Source: an uncultured delta proteobacterium (GTDB taxonomy: Bacteria > Myxococcota_A > Polyangia > Palsa-1104). Taken from it: a stretch of 64,000 bases of DNA. Of the stretch, positions 31,189-41,448 are shown in pieces (position 1 is the first letter of the stretch; every line of letters begins with the position of its first letter). The DNA lies in assembly GCA_963785725.1 (NCBI GenBank), contig CAWAWS010000007.1, positions 299,238 to 363,237 of the forward strand, in the 5' to 3' direction. Position numbers and translations under genes: made by a program. Under the pieces are notes generated by a model. It was not told the origin of the DNA. It saw only the letters and a program-made list of their open reading frames with translations, and ran no database searches.

Positions 31189-31404
31189 TCAGTTGCACCC
31201 GCAGCCGCCGCCGGCGGCGCCGAAGCCGCCTTCGGAGCCTTCGCGCGAGCTTTGATAGTGGGCGCGGAACTGGCTCTCGGCGCTTTCGGCGCCCGGCTGC
31301 ATGGCGCGCACGCTCAGGTACTCGCGCTGATACGGCTTGACGCCGCCGCATCCGCTGGCGCCGGCGGCGACAGCGACGGTGAACAGAAATGCGGCCAGTT
31401 TCAT
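31189..31404 (-). CDS. Small lipoprotein (DUF4266-like)
   Basis: MKLAAFLFTVAVAAGASGCGG lipobox, 71 aa. It is adjacent to the DUF3570-like gene, and these two families commonly pair. Confidence 0.55.
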   Translation of the reverse strand: MKLAAFLFTVAVAAGASGCGGVKPYQREYLSVRAMQPGAESAESQFRAHYQSSREGSEGGFGAAGGGCGCN

Positions 31405-33002
31405 CGCGCGGGATGTTTGTACAAAAGCCAACCGCGCGCAAGGGCGACGGCGGGCTCGAGCGCATGCCGCGCCGCTTCCCGCAGCCGATCGTCGCTGGAG
31501 ATGGCGTGCGCCAACGGCGGTGACATGGCGTAATAGGTCGCTACCATCAGCTTGCCGAGCGGATTGTCGAGCAGCGCGCCGTCGCGGAAGTGACGCAAGA
31601 GCGCGACGTCCGGCTGCATCTGCGAGCCGTACGCCGCCGTGGCGATGAAGCAGCCGTGCAGCGTCGCGAACTTCTGCACGTTGGTGGTCGCGCTCACGAA
31701 CGCCGCCGGCCCGGCGCCGCCGCAGGCGTTGACCGCGCGAATTCCCGCGTAATACAGCGTCTGCGCCTTGAGGCCCGTCAGCGACGCGGTCTGCGAGATG
31801 CCGGCCGCGCCCGGCGGCGGCGGATTGTCGGCAGGAATGCCGTTGTCGAAGTTGTCGTCGGTCAGCGGCGTCGTCGCCTGATAGCGGATCTCGTAGCGGC
31901 GCGGCTGATCGAACGCGTCGGTGTACGACGGCGCTTCGAAATTGACCGCCAACGACGTGTCGGCCGGCGTCGCCGTCATCGCCGTCGGCGCCGCCGGCGG
32001 GCGGCAGCCTTGGCAGCCGGCGGCGAACACTTTGACGAGCCACGTGCCGTCGGCGTCGGTGATGTGCGCCAAGCGGCCCGCGCCCGTGCCCGGCGAGTCG
32101 CTGATCGTGTTGTCGGGCGGATGCAGCGTGCCGGTGGCGCCGTCCCAATCGCCGTAGCCTTCCCACGTGTTGGTGATCCCGGTCTGCGCCGTGCCGTCGA
32201 TGGTCACGGGCACGGCGTAGACGATCGAAGGCTGCCCGAACTCCTGGCGACCGAAGCTGTTGAGCTCGCTGTTGCGATCGTCGACGGCGGGGTGATTGTT
32301 GGAGCTGTTGAAGTCGCCTTCGAGGCTGACCTCGACCTTGATGATGTACTTGCCGCTCGGCAGCGTCGACGGCACCGGCCAGCTGATCTCGGGATCGAGC
32401 AGCGCGCCTCCGATCGGCGTCGCCGCCGAGATCGCCGCCAGGTCGTTGAGCGACGCGTAGGTGCGCGCGTCATTGGAGTCGAAGGTGCCGAACGTCGTCA
32501 GGTCGGCGCGCGGCGGATAATACGAGAACGAGCCGGGCTGGAACACGCCTTTGCTGCTGTTGAACTGCGACGCGCAAGACACCGCGTCCAGCGTCAGATC
32601 CGACGGCGGGCAGTAGAACGGCTCCGTCGACGAATAGGCCTCGTGATAGCCGATCGAATCGTCGTCGGGGTCGACGCCTTTGGAGCCGCCCATGACGATG
32701 TACGGATATTGATGGTTACGCTCGTGCGCCCACACCGGCAGCACCATGTCGCGGCGACCGTACGGCCAGCGATAGCTCGACTTGAAGAGCGCGTTGCCCG
32801 GCCGATTGCCGAGGCCGAGCGCGCCCGTCGAGCGCGTCACGTAAGCGGTGTCGATGTACGTGCCGTTCGGATCCTCGACCCAGACGGCGATCTGCAGATG
32901 CGCGACCGGCTGAAACTCCACTTCGACGACGCGACAGGTGGCCTGCGCGTGCACCGACGTCGCCGCCAAGAGGATGCCCAAGGAGAAAATAGTCTGCTTC
33001 AT
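31401..33002 (-). CDS. Secreted protein with FN3-like domain and C-terminal CFIATAAYGS motif
   Basis: Signal peptide MKQTIFSLGILLAATSVHA, an FN3-like region (YEIRYQATTPLTDDNF...AGIRAVNACG), and a C-terminal CFIATAAYGSQMQPDVALLRHFRD. Confidence 0.6.
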   Translation of the reverse strand: MKQTIFSLGILLAATSVHAQATCRVVEVEFQPVAHLQIAVWVEDPNGTYIDTAYVTRSTGALGLGNRPGNALFKSSYRWPYGRRDMVLPVWAHERNHQYPYIVMGGSKGVDPDDDSIGYHEAYSSTEPFYCPPSDLTLDAVSCASQFNSSKGVFQPGSFSYYPPRADLTTFGTFDSNDARTYASLNDLAAISAATPIGGALLDPEISWPVPSTLPSGKYIIKVEVSLEGDFNSSNNHPAVDDRNSELNSFGRQEFGQPSIVYAVPVTIDGTAQTGITNTWEGYGDWDGATGTLHPPDNTISDSPGTGAGRLAHITDADGTWLVKVFAAGCQGCRPPAAPTAMTATPADTSLAVNFEAPSYTDAFDQPRRYEIRYQATTPLTDDNFDNGIPADNPPPPGAAGISQTASLTGLKAQTLYYAGIRAVNACGGAGPAAFVSATTNVQKFATLHGCFIATAAYGSQMQPDVALLRHFRDGALLDNPLGKLMVATYYAMSPPLAHAISSDDRLREAARHALEPAVALARGWLLYKHPAR

Positions 33003-33101
33003 AGGTGGTTCATTCCGGCCAAGCGAAGGAGGGTGAAACGCACGAAAGGGAAGCGTTCACCGTCGGAGCGCGGCTGTCAAGGAGACAACCGTTTGCAGTT
33101 G

Positions 33102-34391
33102 TTACGGGCCGGTGAGCAGCAATTCGAGGTTGTGCCGGGCGACGGTGTACTCGGGGTTGAGCTCGAGGGCGCGCTCTAGGCAACGTCGCGCTTCTTGTAC
33201 TCTTTCGAGCGCGAGATAGGCCGCGCCCAGATTTCCCCACGAGGGATAATGGCGCGGCACGAGCGCGAGCACCTCTTCGAAGCCGTTGGCGGCCTCGGCG
33301 TGGCGGCCTTCGGACAGCGCGGCGAACGCGCGCGCGAACAGCTCCTCACCGCGCAAGACGTCGCTCAACGGCACGCCCGGATGCGAGCCGCGCAGCATGC
33401 GCTCGTACGCCCGCACGAAGTTGCGCGCCTCGTCGCGGCGCTCGGACGCGCCTTCGGAGTCGTCGGGCAGCGACAGGTAATCGCGCAGCGCCAAGTAGCA
33501 GCCGCCCATGCGCTCGGCCTGCTTCGCCGCCGACGCCAAGTTCCAGCGATGCAGCGCCTGCCGCGGCTCGAGCGCGATCGCCTCCGACAGCTGTGTGACG
33601 GCGCCTTCCAGCTCTCCGAGCTCCAGCAGACACACGCCGAGCGCGCTGCGACCTTCGGGGCTGCGCGGCTGGCGCGCGACGAAGCGCTCGAGCCGGCGAC
33701 GCGCGGCCCGCGGCCGACCGGCTTCGAGGTAGGCGAGGCCGCGATCGAGCGCGTCCTGCGTGGCGCGATCGGGCGGCGCCGTGCCGGCCTCGCGCTGCAG
33801 CTCGACCAACGCCCGCGCGCTCTCGTCGCTGAGCCCGCCGCGCTGCAACAGCGCGCTCACGATCGGCGCCGCTTTGTGCCCACCGTGACGAATGAGCTCG
33901 CTGATGAACGACGGCACTTCCGGATCGGGCACGTGATCGATGATGAGCGCCACCGCTTGGTCGAGCTCGTCGCCGTGATCGATTCCCGCCAGCAGCTCGC
34001 GCACGCTTTGGCTCAGCAGCGCCTCGGGATCGCGCAGCTTGACCGTCGCCGGCATCGGCGCCGACAGCTCCGACAGGAGGCCGAGCGCGCGCGCCTTGAC
34101 GGCATCGGGTGCGTCGCTCGTGCACACCAGATCGAGCGCCTTGAGGACTCGGTCACCGCCCAAATAGGCCAACAAATCATAGGCCCACGACGCTTCTTCC
34201 TCGGACGACGACGCCAGCGAGGAGATCAGCCGCGGGACCGCCGCTGCGCCGGCTGCGCGCACCTTGCGGGCGAGTCGCTGGCGCTCGCTGCCGCTCGGAG
34301 ACGCACCTCGACGCGCCGCGTCCAGGCTCTGGACGACGTCACGTAAAGGACCAAAATTCTTGAAGAGCTCGCCTGAGCGGGGAGCATCCAT
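33102..34391 (-). CDS. TPR-repeat protein
   Basis: Multiple TPR-like units near the C-terminus (AIALEPRQALHRWNLASAAKQ..., ALELNPEYTVARHNLELLL). Confidence 0.7.
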   Translation of the reverse strand: MDAPRSGELFKNFGPLRDVVQSLDAARRGASPSGSERQRLARKVRAAGAAAVPRLISSLASSSEEEASWAYDLLAYLGGDRVLKALDLVCTSDAPDAVKARALGLLSELSAPMPATVKLRDPEALLSQSVRELLAGIDHGDELDQAVALIIDHVPDPEVPSFISELIRHGGHKAAPIVSALLQRGGLSDESARALVELQREAGTAPPDRATQDALDRGLAYLEAGRPRAARRRLERFVARQPRSPEGRSALGVCLLELGELEGAVTQLSEAIALEPRQALHRWNLASAAKQAERMGGCYLALRDYLSLPDDSEGASERRDEARNFVRAYERMLRGSHPGVPLSDVLRGEELFARAFAALSEGRHAEAANGFEEVLALVPRHYPSWGNLGAAYLALERVQEARRCLERALELNPEYTVARHNLELLLTGP

Positions 34392-34584
34392 GGAACCCCC
34401 GGGCGGTCGGCCGCTGCCCTATACACTACGTTATACGTATCGTCACGAGAGTCAATAGGCAGTTCCATAAGGGAGGGCCGTCGCAAGCGCTCGGCCGACC
34501 CGTGCGCGAGCCCTCGTCCGAAGGGTCGTCGAGCCGTTGGACGAAGATGAATCGGCGCGTCTCTTGCGTATCTGTCTCCACACG

Positions 34585-35643
34585 ATGCGCGTGGCGATGG
34601 TCTCGACTCCGTACGTTCCCGTCCCGCCGCCGCGCTATGGCGGCACCGAGCTGATCGTGGCCGAGCTCGTGACCGGGCTGCGCGACGCCGGGCATGAGGT
34701 GACGCTGTTCGCGACCAACGACTCGCAGCCGCCCGATGGCGTGACGTTGCGCGCGCGACAAGCGTCGATTTGGCCGCCCGAGCCCTACGCCGAGCTCGAT
34801 CATGCGGCTTGGGCGATCGAGCAGATCTTGGGCGACGCGCGCCGCTTCGACGTCGTGCACGCGCACGTGCCGGCGGCGTTGGCGTTCGCGGCGATGCTCG
34901 ACGCGCCGATGGTCTACACCGTGCACCACGACGACGGGCCCGAGCACGCGCGGTTGCAGGCGCTGTATCGTCGCAGCCGCGCGCAGTTCGTCGCCATCAG
35001 CGCGCGTCAGCAGTCGCTCATTCCCGAGCTGGCCGACGCGCGCGTCATTCACCACGGCCTCGACGCCGGCCGCTACATCTTCGGGCGCGGCGACGGCGGC
35101 TACTGCGCGTTCCTCGGCCGCTTGGCGCCGGAAAAAGGCGTGCACCACGCGCTCGACGCCGCCCACGCCGCCGGCCTGCACATTCGCGTCGGCGGCGCGC
35201 CGCATTGGAACGATCACGACTACTTCGCGAGCCAAATCGCGCCTCGCCTCGCGCGGCCGGGAGTGACGCGGCTGGGCGAAGTCGGCGGCGTGGCCAAACA
35301 GGCGCTGCTGGCGGACGCGCGGGCGCTTTTGTTTCCCATCGAATGGGAAGAGCCGTTCGGTCTCGTCATGATCGAGGCGATGTTGTCGGGAACGCCGGTG
35401 CTGGCGTTCGCGCGCGGCTCGGTGCCCGAGGTCATCGACGAAGGCGTGACCGGCTTCGTCTGCCGCGACGTCGCCGAGATGGCCCGTCGCCTGCGCACGC
35501 TCGATGCGTTCGATCGTGCCGCCTGTCGCCGGCGCGCGCTCGAGCGTTGGACGACGGCGCGCATGGTGCGCGACCACCTCGTCGTTTACGAGCAGCTACA
35601 AACGTGGGTGGGTCATGTTGGAGCAGCCGAAACCGTTGCCTGA
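34585..35643 (+). CDS. Glycosyltransferase family 4
   Basis: MRVAMVSTPYVPVPPPRYGGTELIVAELVTGLRDAGHEVTLFAT ... EWEEPFGLVMIEAMLSGTPVLA (GT4 E-x7-E motif). Confidence 0.85.
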   Translation: MRVAMVSTPYVPVPPPRYGGTELIVAELVTGLRDAGHEVTLFATNDSQPPDGVTLRARQASIWPPEPYAELDHAAWAIEQILGDARRFDVVHAHVPAALAFAAMLDAPMVYTVHHDDGPEHARLQALYRRSRAQFVAISARQQSLIPELADARVIHHGLDAGRYIFGRGDGGYCAFLGRLAPEKGVHHALDAAHAAGLHIRVGGAPHWNDHDYFASQIAPRLARPGVTRLGEVGGVAKQALLADARALLFPIEWEEPFGLVMIEAMLSGTPVLAFARGSVPEVIDEGVTGFVCRDVAEMARRLRTLDAFDRAACRRRALERWTTARMVRDHLVVYEQLQTWVGHVGAAETVA

Positions 35644-37774
35644 CCTCGCGCTGGATCTGCCGACGTCGGGCGCGACCGAGAAGCTGACGCTGGCGCGCGG
35701 CAACAGCTTCTGCGTGCTCGACTCGCGCGGCAACATCGCGCCGTCGGGGGCGCGCGATCTGGGCCTGTTCCACGAAGACACGCGGCATCTGTCGTACTTC
35801 GAGCTCTTCGTGTCCGGTGGCCCGCCGATCGTGCTGTCGTCGGAGACGGCGGGCTCGGCGGCGACGCAGATCGACCTGACGCTGACCGATCGCGAGTTCG
35901 GCGGCTTCTTGGAGGATCCGCAGAACTTCCTGCATATTCGCCGCAAGCAGATCCTCGACGGCGCGCTGGTCGAGCAGCTGGTGGTGACGAATCACCTGCA
36001 GCAGCCGGTCGATCTGTGGCTCGAGCTGCGCGTCGGCGCCGATTTTGCCGACGTGTTCGAGACGCGCGGCGCGCGGCGGGCGCGACGCGGGCGGATTCGG
36101 CCGCCGCGCATCGACGGCGATCGGCTGGAGCTGGCCTACGAAGGGCTCGACGACACCATCTACCGCACGATCGTGCGCGGCACGCCCGAGCCGACGCGCG
36201 TCGACGCGCACGGGCCGCGCTGGGAGCTGCGGCTCGAGCCCGGCGAGGCGACGATCTTGGAGCTGGTGATTCAGCCGCGCCGCGGCAACGGCGACGACGC
36301 TGTGATCGTGCCCTTCGGTCAGCGCCGCCAGCAGCTGGCCGCCGAGCACGCCGAGTTCCGCGCGGGGACGACGGCGCTGCGCTGCGACAATCGTGAATTT
36401 CGCGCGCTGCTCGTCTCGGCGCTCGACGACATCGACGCGCTGCGCCTGACGCTCGACGGCCATCGCCACATCCTCGGCGCCGGTATTCCCTGGTTCGCGG
36501 CGCCGTTCGGTCGCGACTCGATCATCACGTCGCTGCAGTTGTTGGCGGTGGCGCCCTCGCTGGCGGCGGAGACGCTGCGCACGCTGGCGCATTACCAAGG
36601 GCGCGTCGACGATCCGTGGCGCGAAGAGGAGCCGGGCAAGATCATGCACGAGCTCCGTCGCGGCGAGATGGCGCGCGCCGGCGAAGTGCCGCACGCGCCC
36701 TATTACGGATCGATCGACGCGACGCCGCTGTGGCTCGTGCTGCTCGGCGAGACCTGGCGTTGGCTCGGCGATCGTGCGCTCGTGCGCGAGCTGATGCCGC
36801 CGGCGGAGCGGGCGCTCGAGTGGATCGAGCGGCGGCTCGTGCAAGGTCGCGGCTGGGTTCGCTATCAGCGGACGCACGACAAGGGGCTGGAAAACCAGGG
36901 CTGGAAAGACTCGCGCGACGGTGTGTCGTTTCCCGACGGGACCCTCGCGCCGGCGCCGATCGCGCTGGTCGAGGTGCAGGGCTATGTCGTCGGCGCGCTG
37001 GCGGCGATGGCGGCGGTGACGCGCGCGCTCGGCGACACGCGGCGGGCCGAGCAGCTCGACGTGCAGGCGGACGCGCTCAGGCGGCGCATTCAGGAAGAAT
37101 TCTTCGTGCGCGAGACCGGCTATTACGCGCTGGCCATCGACGGGCAGAACCGGCCGGTGCCGACAATCACGTCGAATCCGGGGCATCTCTTGTTCGTCGA
37201 TGCCGTGCGCGGCGACAAGGCGTCGCGGCTCGTCGACGTGCTGCTCGGCGAGGGGCTGTTCAGCGGCTGGGGCGTGCGCACGTTGGCGCGCGGCCAGGCC
37301 GTCTTCAATCCGCTCTCGTATCACAACGGGTCGGTGTGGCCGCACGACAACTCGCTGTGCGCGCTCGGCGCGGCGCGCCACGGTCGCGGCGACGCGGCGG
37401 TGACGCTGCTCGAGTCGCTGTACGAGGCGTCGTCGCACTTCGGGCGCGGTCGCTTGCCGGAGCTGTTCTGCGGCTTGTCGCGCGGTGAAGGCGATTTCCT
37501 CGTGCGTTACCCGGTGTCGTGCTCGCCGCAGGCGTGGGGATCGGGCGCGTTCTTCCTGCTGCTGCAAGCCGGGCTCGGGCTCGAGCCGGACGCGCCCAAT
37601 CAGCGGCTCGCCATTCGCGCGCCCAAGCTGCCGCGCTTCGTCGACCACTTGGAGCTGAACGGCTTACGCGTCGGCTCGGCGCGCGTGTCGCTGCGCTTCG
37701 GGCGTCACGAGCACGGCACGCATGTCGACGTCGTCGCCGTCACCGGACGGCTGCGGGTCACGATCGAAGTCTGA
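35615..37774 (+). CDS. Amylo-alpha-1,6-glucosidase / glycogen-debranching-enzyme-family protein (GDE_N_bis + GDE_C)
   Basis: N-terminal region ...NSFCVLDSRGNIAPSGARDLGLFHEDTRHLSYFEL, and a C-terminal (alpha/alpha)6 region ...GIPWFAAPFGRDSIITSLQ... Overlaps the GT4 stop. Confidence 0.75.
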   Translation: MLEQPKPLPDLALDLPTSGATEKLTLARGNSFCVLDSRGNIAPSGARDLGLFHEDTRHLSYFELFVSGGPPIVLSSETAGSAATQIDLTLTDREFGGFLEDPQNFLHIRRKQILDGALVEQLVVTNHLQQPVDLWLELRVGADFADVFETRGARRARRGRIRPPRIDGDRLELAYEGLDDTIYRTIVRGTPEPTRVDAHGPRWELRLEPGEATILELVIQPRRGNGDDAVIVPFGQRRQQLAAEHAEFRAGTTALRCDNREFRALLVSALDDIDALRLTLDGHRHILGAGIPWFAAPFGRDSIITSLQLLAVAPSLAAETLRTLAHYQGRVDDPWREEEPGKIMHELRRGEMARAGEVPHAPYYGSIDATPLWLVLLGETWRWLGDRALVRELMPPAERALEWIERRLVQGRGWVRYQRTHDKGLENQGWKDSRDGVSFPDGTLAPAPIALVEVQGYVVGALAAMAAVTRALGDTRRAEQLDVQADALRRRIQEEFFVRETGYYALAIDGQNRPVPTITSNPGHLLFVDAVRGDKASRLVDVLLGEGLFSGWGVRTLARGQAVFNPLSYHNGSVWPHDNSLCALGAARHGRGDAAVTLLESLYEASSHFGRGRLPELFCGLSRGEGDFLVRYPVSCSPQAWGSGAFFLLLQAGLGLEPDAPNQRLAIRAPKLPRFVDHLELNGLRVGSARVSLRFGRHEHGTHVDVVAVTGRLRVTIEV

Positions 37775-37804
37775 ATCGACCGCCGGCGGCTGATCGCCGC
37801 GCGC

Positions 37805-38617
37805 TCAGCGCGCGACCTTGAGCGCCAGGTCGGCCACGATCGGCGCCGCCAGCGCCGCGGGCGAGAAGGCCTCGTCGATGAGCGCCGCCTCTTTGAACTT
37901 ATCGGCCATTCGCTGATCGAAGAGGCGCATGACGATACGAATTTTGGGATTCAAGCGGCGCGCATCCAACGCCACCTCCAGATTCGCCATATCGTCATTC
38001 GTGGCGATGATGACGACGCGCGCATATTGGATCCCCGCGTCCAATAACGCCTGATCTTCTTTCATGTCGCGCACGAGAACGGGGACTCCCGTCGCCTTGG
38101 CGTCGCCCAAGAAGCGCGCGGCCGCGTCCTTTTCCAGCGCGACGATCTCCTGTTTGGCGGCCAAGAGCTGCGTCAAAATGCGATATCCCAAATGGCCTAA
38201 ACCGCACAATACGATATGGTCGCGATATGTGGATGCGGACACGGTCATCCATTCCTTTTCGCCGCGTTCGCGGGAGACGATGAGCATACCGATACGCACG
38301 ACGCCTTCGCCGATGAGGATGAAGCCGAAGAGCGGATAAACGGCGCCCATCAGCGCGAGATACCAGTTTTGCGGCGGCGATAATATCGGCTGCGCGAATA
38401 ACGCCATCCACGCGCAAAAGAGTGATTCCCAGATCGACGGTCGCGCGCCGCCCAGCTGGTCGTGCGGCGTCACGGCGTAGAGCGTGCCCAAGAACAGCAC
38501 GGCGCCAATGAGCAGCCCCAGCGTCCAACGAAACTCGCTGGCGAGACGGCGGGCGAATAGAAAGGTCGTGCGCAGATCGCGACGGCGTTGCGCGCGTGGT
38601 CTGCTCATTGTCGCCAT
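37805..38617 (-). CDS. Potassium channel protein with TrkA-N/RCK domain
   Basis: N-terminal TM/pore region, then a Rossmann RCK domain (IVLCGLGHLGYRILTQLL...). Confidence 0.7.
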   Translation of the reverse strand: MATMSRPRAQRRRDLRTTFLFARRLASEFRWTLGLLIGAVLFLGTLYAVTPHDQLGGARPSIWESLFCAWMALFAQPILSPPQNWYLALMGAVYPLFGFILIGEGVVRIGMLIVSRERGEKEWMTVSASTYRDHIVLCGLGHLGYRILTQLLAAKQEIVALEKDAAARFLGDAKATGVPVLVRDMKEDQALLDAGIQYARVVIIATNDDMANLEVALDARRLNPKIRIVMRLFDQRMADKFKEAALIDEAFSPAALAAPIVADLALKVAR

Positions 38618-38667
38618 CGTACACGTTCACGGCGCTGTCGCAAATTCAGTCAGCTCGTCGCAAACAA

Positions 38668-38695
38668 TTAGCATTGCTGTCAAATGGTGTATTCT
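38668..38695 (+). promoter_or_regulatory. Candidate sigma70-like promoter (TTAGCA-N16-TATTCT) for the pyrimidine catabolism cluster
   Basis: AT-rich intergenic segment, divergent from the K-channel gene. About 120 nt upstream of the preT-like TTG start, which has a GAGGAG RBS. Confidence 0.3.
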
Positions 38696-38815
38696 AAGAG
38701 CGCGACTGGCTGCGTCGTGTCTCAGATTTGTACGGTGGTGAGTGGCGCCGGTCGCGACGATCCGACTGGCACGATAGGTGCGATAGCCGTCCCCTTTTCA
38801 CATCGAGGAGCTTCT

Positions 38816-40162
38816 TTGGAGCCGCCCGATCTGTTCGCCGAGCATAAGCCGCCGTTGACCGCCGATGCGGCGCTCGCCGAGGCCAATCGCTGCCTCTATT
38901 GTTGGGACGCGCCCTGTACGCGCGCCTGTCCGACGCATATCGACGTGCCGGCGTTCATCAAGAAGATCGCCAGCGGCAACTTACGCGGCTCGGCGCGCAC
39001 GATATTGGACGCCAATGTGCTCGGCGCCTCGTGTGCGCGCGTCTGTCCGACCGAGGTGCTGTGCGAAGGCGCCTGCGTGATGGATGACGTCTCCAAGAAG
39101 CCGATCGATATCGGGCGTTTGCAGCGCCATTCGATGGACTGGGCGATGGCCAAAGGCATGCGCCCTTTCGAGCCCGGGCCGCGTCGCTCGGGCCGCGTCG
39201 CCATCGTCGGCGCCGGTCCCGCGGGATTGGCGTGCGCCGCCGAATTATCGAAGCTCGGATATCAGGCGCAGATATTCGACGCCGCGGAAAAGCCGGGCGG
39301 ATTGAATACCAGCGGCGTCGCCGAATATAAGATGACGGCCGAATTCGCGCAGCGCGAGGTCGGCTGGCTCGTCGAGGCCGGCGTGCAGATCGAGAGCGGC
39401 GTGAGAATCGGCCGCGACCGGCAATGGGCCGAGTTGGAGCGGCAGTTCGACGCCATCTTCATCGGCGTCGGGCTCGGGAAAGTCGGCAAATTGGAGATCG
39501 AAGGCGAGCATTTGCCCGGTGTCGTCGAGGCCATCGGCTTCATCGAGACTTTGAAGCTGCGGCGCCAGGAAGCGCGCGTCGGCCGGCGCGTCGCGGTCAT
39601 TGGCGGCGGCAACACGTCTATCGATTGTGTGACTCAAGCGCTGGCGCTCGGTGCGGAAGAGGTGACGTTGATGTATCGCCGCTCGCAGGCGGAGATGCCG
39701 GCGTACAAGCACGAGATCGAATTGGCGCGCGAGATGGGGACGCGCTTCATGTTCCAGGTCGCGCCGCTGCGTATCGTTGGGGATACTGAAGTAACTGCTT
39801 TAGTGTTGCAGCCGATGCGGCTCGGTCCCGCGGACGCGTCGGGGCGGCGGCGGCCGGAAGCGGCGCCGGGCGAGCCGATTACGTTTGCCTGCGAGATGGT
39901 GATCGCAGCGACGGGACAAGAGACGCACGATGAGCTCTTGGCGCAGCTGCCCAATGTGCGCTTGGAGCGCGGGCGCGTGCTCGTCGACGAGCGCACGATG
40001 CAGACGTCGAATCCGCGTTATTTCGCCGGCGGCGATTGTGTTTCCGGCGGGCAGGAAGTGGTCAATGCCGTGGCCGAGGGCAAGCGCGCCGCCGCCGGTA
40101 TCGCCGCTTTTATCGAGCGTAGTGGGCGTGTCATAGCCGCAGACGAGGTGGCGCGTGGCTGA
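38816..40162 (+). CDS. preT: NAD-dependent dihydropyrimidine dehydrogenase subunit PreT (GltD-like)
   Basis: Two 4Fe-4S Cys clusters (CLYCWDAPCTRACP, CARVCPTEVLCEGAC) and FAD/NAD Rossmann folds (VAIVGAGPAGLACA; VAVIGGGNTSIDC). TTG start preceded by GAGGAG. Confidence 0.85.
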   Translation: MEPPDLFAEHKPPLTADAALAEANRCLYCWDAPCTRACPTHIDVPAFIKKIASGNLRGSARTILDANVLGASCARVCPTEVLCEGACVMDDVSKKPIDIGRLQRHSMDWAMAKGMRPFEPGPRRSGRVAIVGAGPAGLACAAELSKLGYQAQIFDAAEKPGGLNTSGVAEYKMTAEFAQREVGWLVEAGVQIESGVRIGRDRQWAELERQFDAIFIGVGLGKVGKLEIEGEHLPGVVEAIGFIETLKLRRQEARVGRRVAVIGGGNTSIDCVTQALALGAEEVTLMYRRSQAEMPAYKHEIELAREMGTRFMFQVAPLRIVGDTEVTALVLQPMRLGPADASGRRRPEAAPGEPITFACEMVIAATGQETHDELLAQLPNVRLERGRVLVDERTMQTSNPRYFAGGDCVSGGQEVVNAVAEGKRAAAGIAAFIERSGRVIAADEVARG

Positions 40163-41439
40163 TCTGAAGGTGAATCTGGCCGGCATCGAGTCGCCCAATC
40201 CGTTCTGGCTGGCCTCGGCGCCGCCGACGAATACCGGCGATCAGGTGATGCGCGCGTTCGACGCCGGTTGGGGCGGCGCGGTGTGGAAGACGCTGGGCGA
40301 GCCCATCGTCAATGTCTCTTCGCGCTATTCGACCGTCGATATGAATGGTCAGAAGGTCATGGGGCTCAACAACATCGAGCTCATTACCGATCGGCCGTTG
40401 GCGGTCAATTTGCGGGAGATTACCGAGGTCAAGAAGCGTTATCCCAAGCATGCGCTCGTGGTCTCGCTGATGGTGGAATCGAAGCGCGAGAAGTGGCACG
40501 AGATCGTCAAAGCGGCCGAAGGCGCGGGCGCGGACGGGCTGGAGTTGAACTTCGGCTGCCCGCACGGCATGAGCGAGCGCGGCATGGGCTCGGCCGTCGG
40601 ACAGGTGCCCGATTACGCCTGTCAGATTACCGAGTGGGTCAAAGAAGCGGCGAAAACGCCGGTGATCGTGAAGCTGACGCCCAATGTCACCGACGTCGAT
40701 CTATCCGGCGCGCGCGGCGAAGAAGGGCGGCGCCGACGCGGTGTCGTTGATCAATACGATCAATTCGATTACCGGCGTCGATCTGGATACGTTTACGCCG
40801 CGGCCGGATGTCGGCGGACGTTCGGCGCACGGCGGATATTGCGGACCGGCCGTGAAACCGATCGCGTTGAATATGGTTTCGTCGATCGCCAAAGACGCGC
40901 AGGTGCGTTTGCCGATATCGGGAATCGGCGGCATCTCCAATTGGCGCGACGCCGCCGAGTTCATGCTGCTGGGCGCGACGACGGTGCAAGTGTGCACGGC
41001 CGTGATGCACTACGGCTTCCGCGTCGTCGAGGATATGATCGACGGGTTATCGAATTACTGCGATGAAAAGGGTTTTCGCAGCGTAAACGATCTGATCGGC
41101 CGCTCTTTGCCGGCGGTTTCGCGCTGGGAAGAATTGGACCTCAATTACAAGATCGTGGCCCGCGTCGATCAGGACAAATGCATCGGCTGCGGCATCTGTT
41201 ACGCCGCTTGCACCGACGGCGCGCATCAATCGATCGCGGCGCGGCCGGAGCACGGGCGCACGCACGTCGAGATCATCGAGTCTACGTGTGTCGGCTGTAA
41301 TTTGTGCTCGTTGGTTTGTCCGGTCGACGGCTGCATCAGCATGGTGCGCGTCGACGGTGGACGGCCGCCGCTGACGTGGAAAGAATATCAAGCTGACCCG
41401 AGCGCGCATAAGCATCTCGGTCCGCATAACGCTCACTAA
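40155..41439 (+). CDS. preA: Dihydropyrimidine dehydrogenase subunit PreA (DHOD-like TIM barrel plus C-terminal 2x[4Fe-4S]), frameshift near 40700
   Basis: The N-terminal frame reads ...VIVKLTPNVTDV, then the sequence continues in another frame as ...ARAAKKGGADAVSLINTINS... to CIGCGICYAACTDGA...CVGCNLCSLVCPVDGC. Confidence 0.8.
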
Positions 41440-41448
41440 GAGGTTCCC

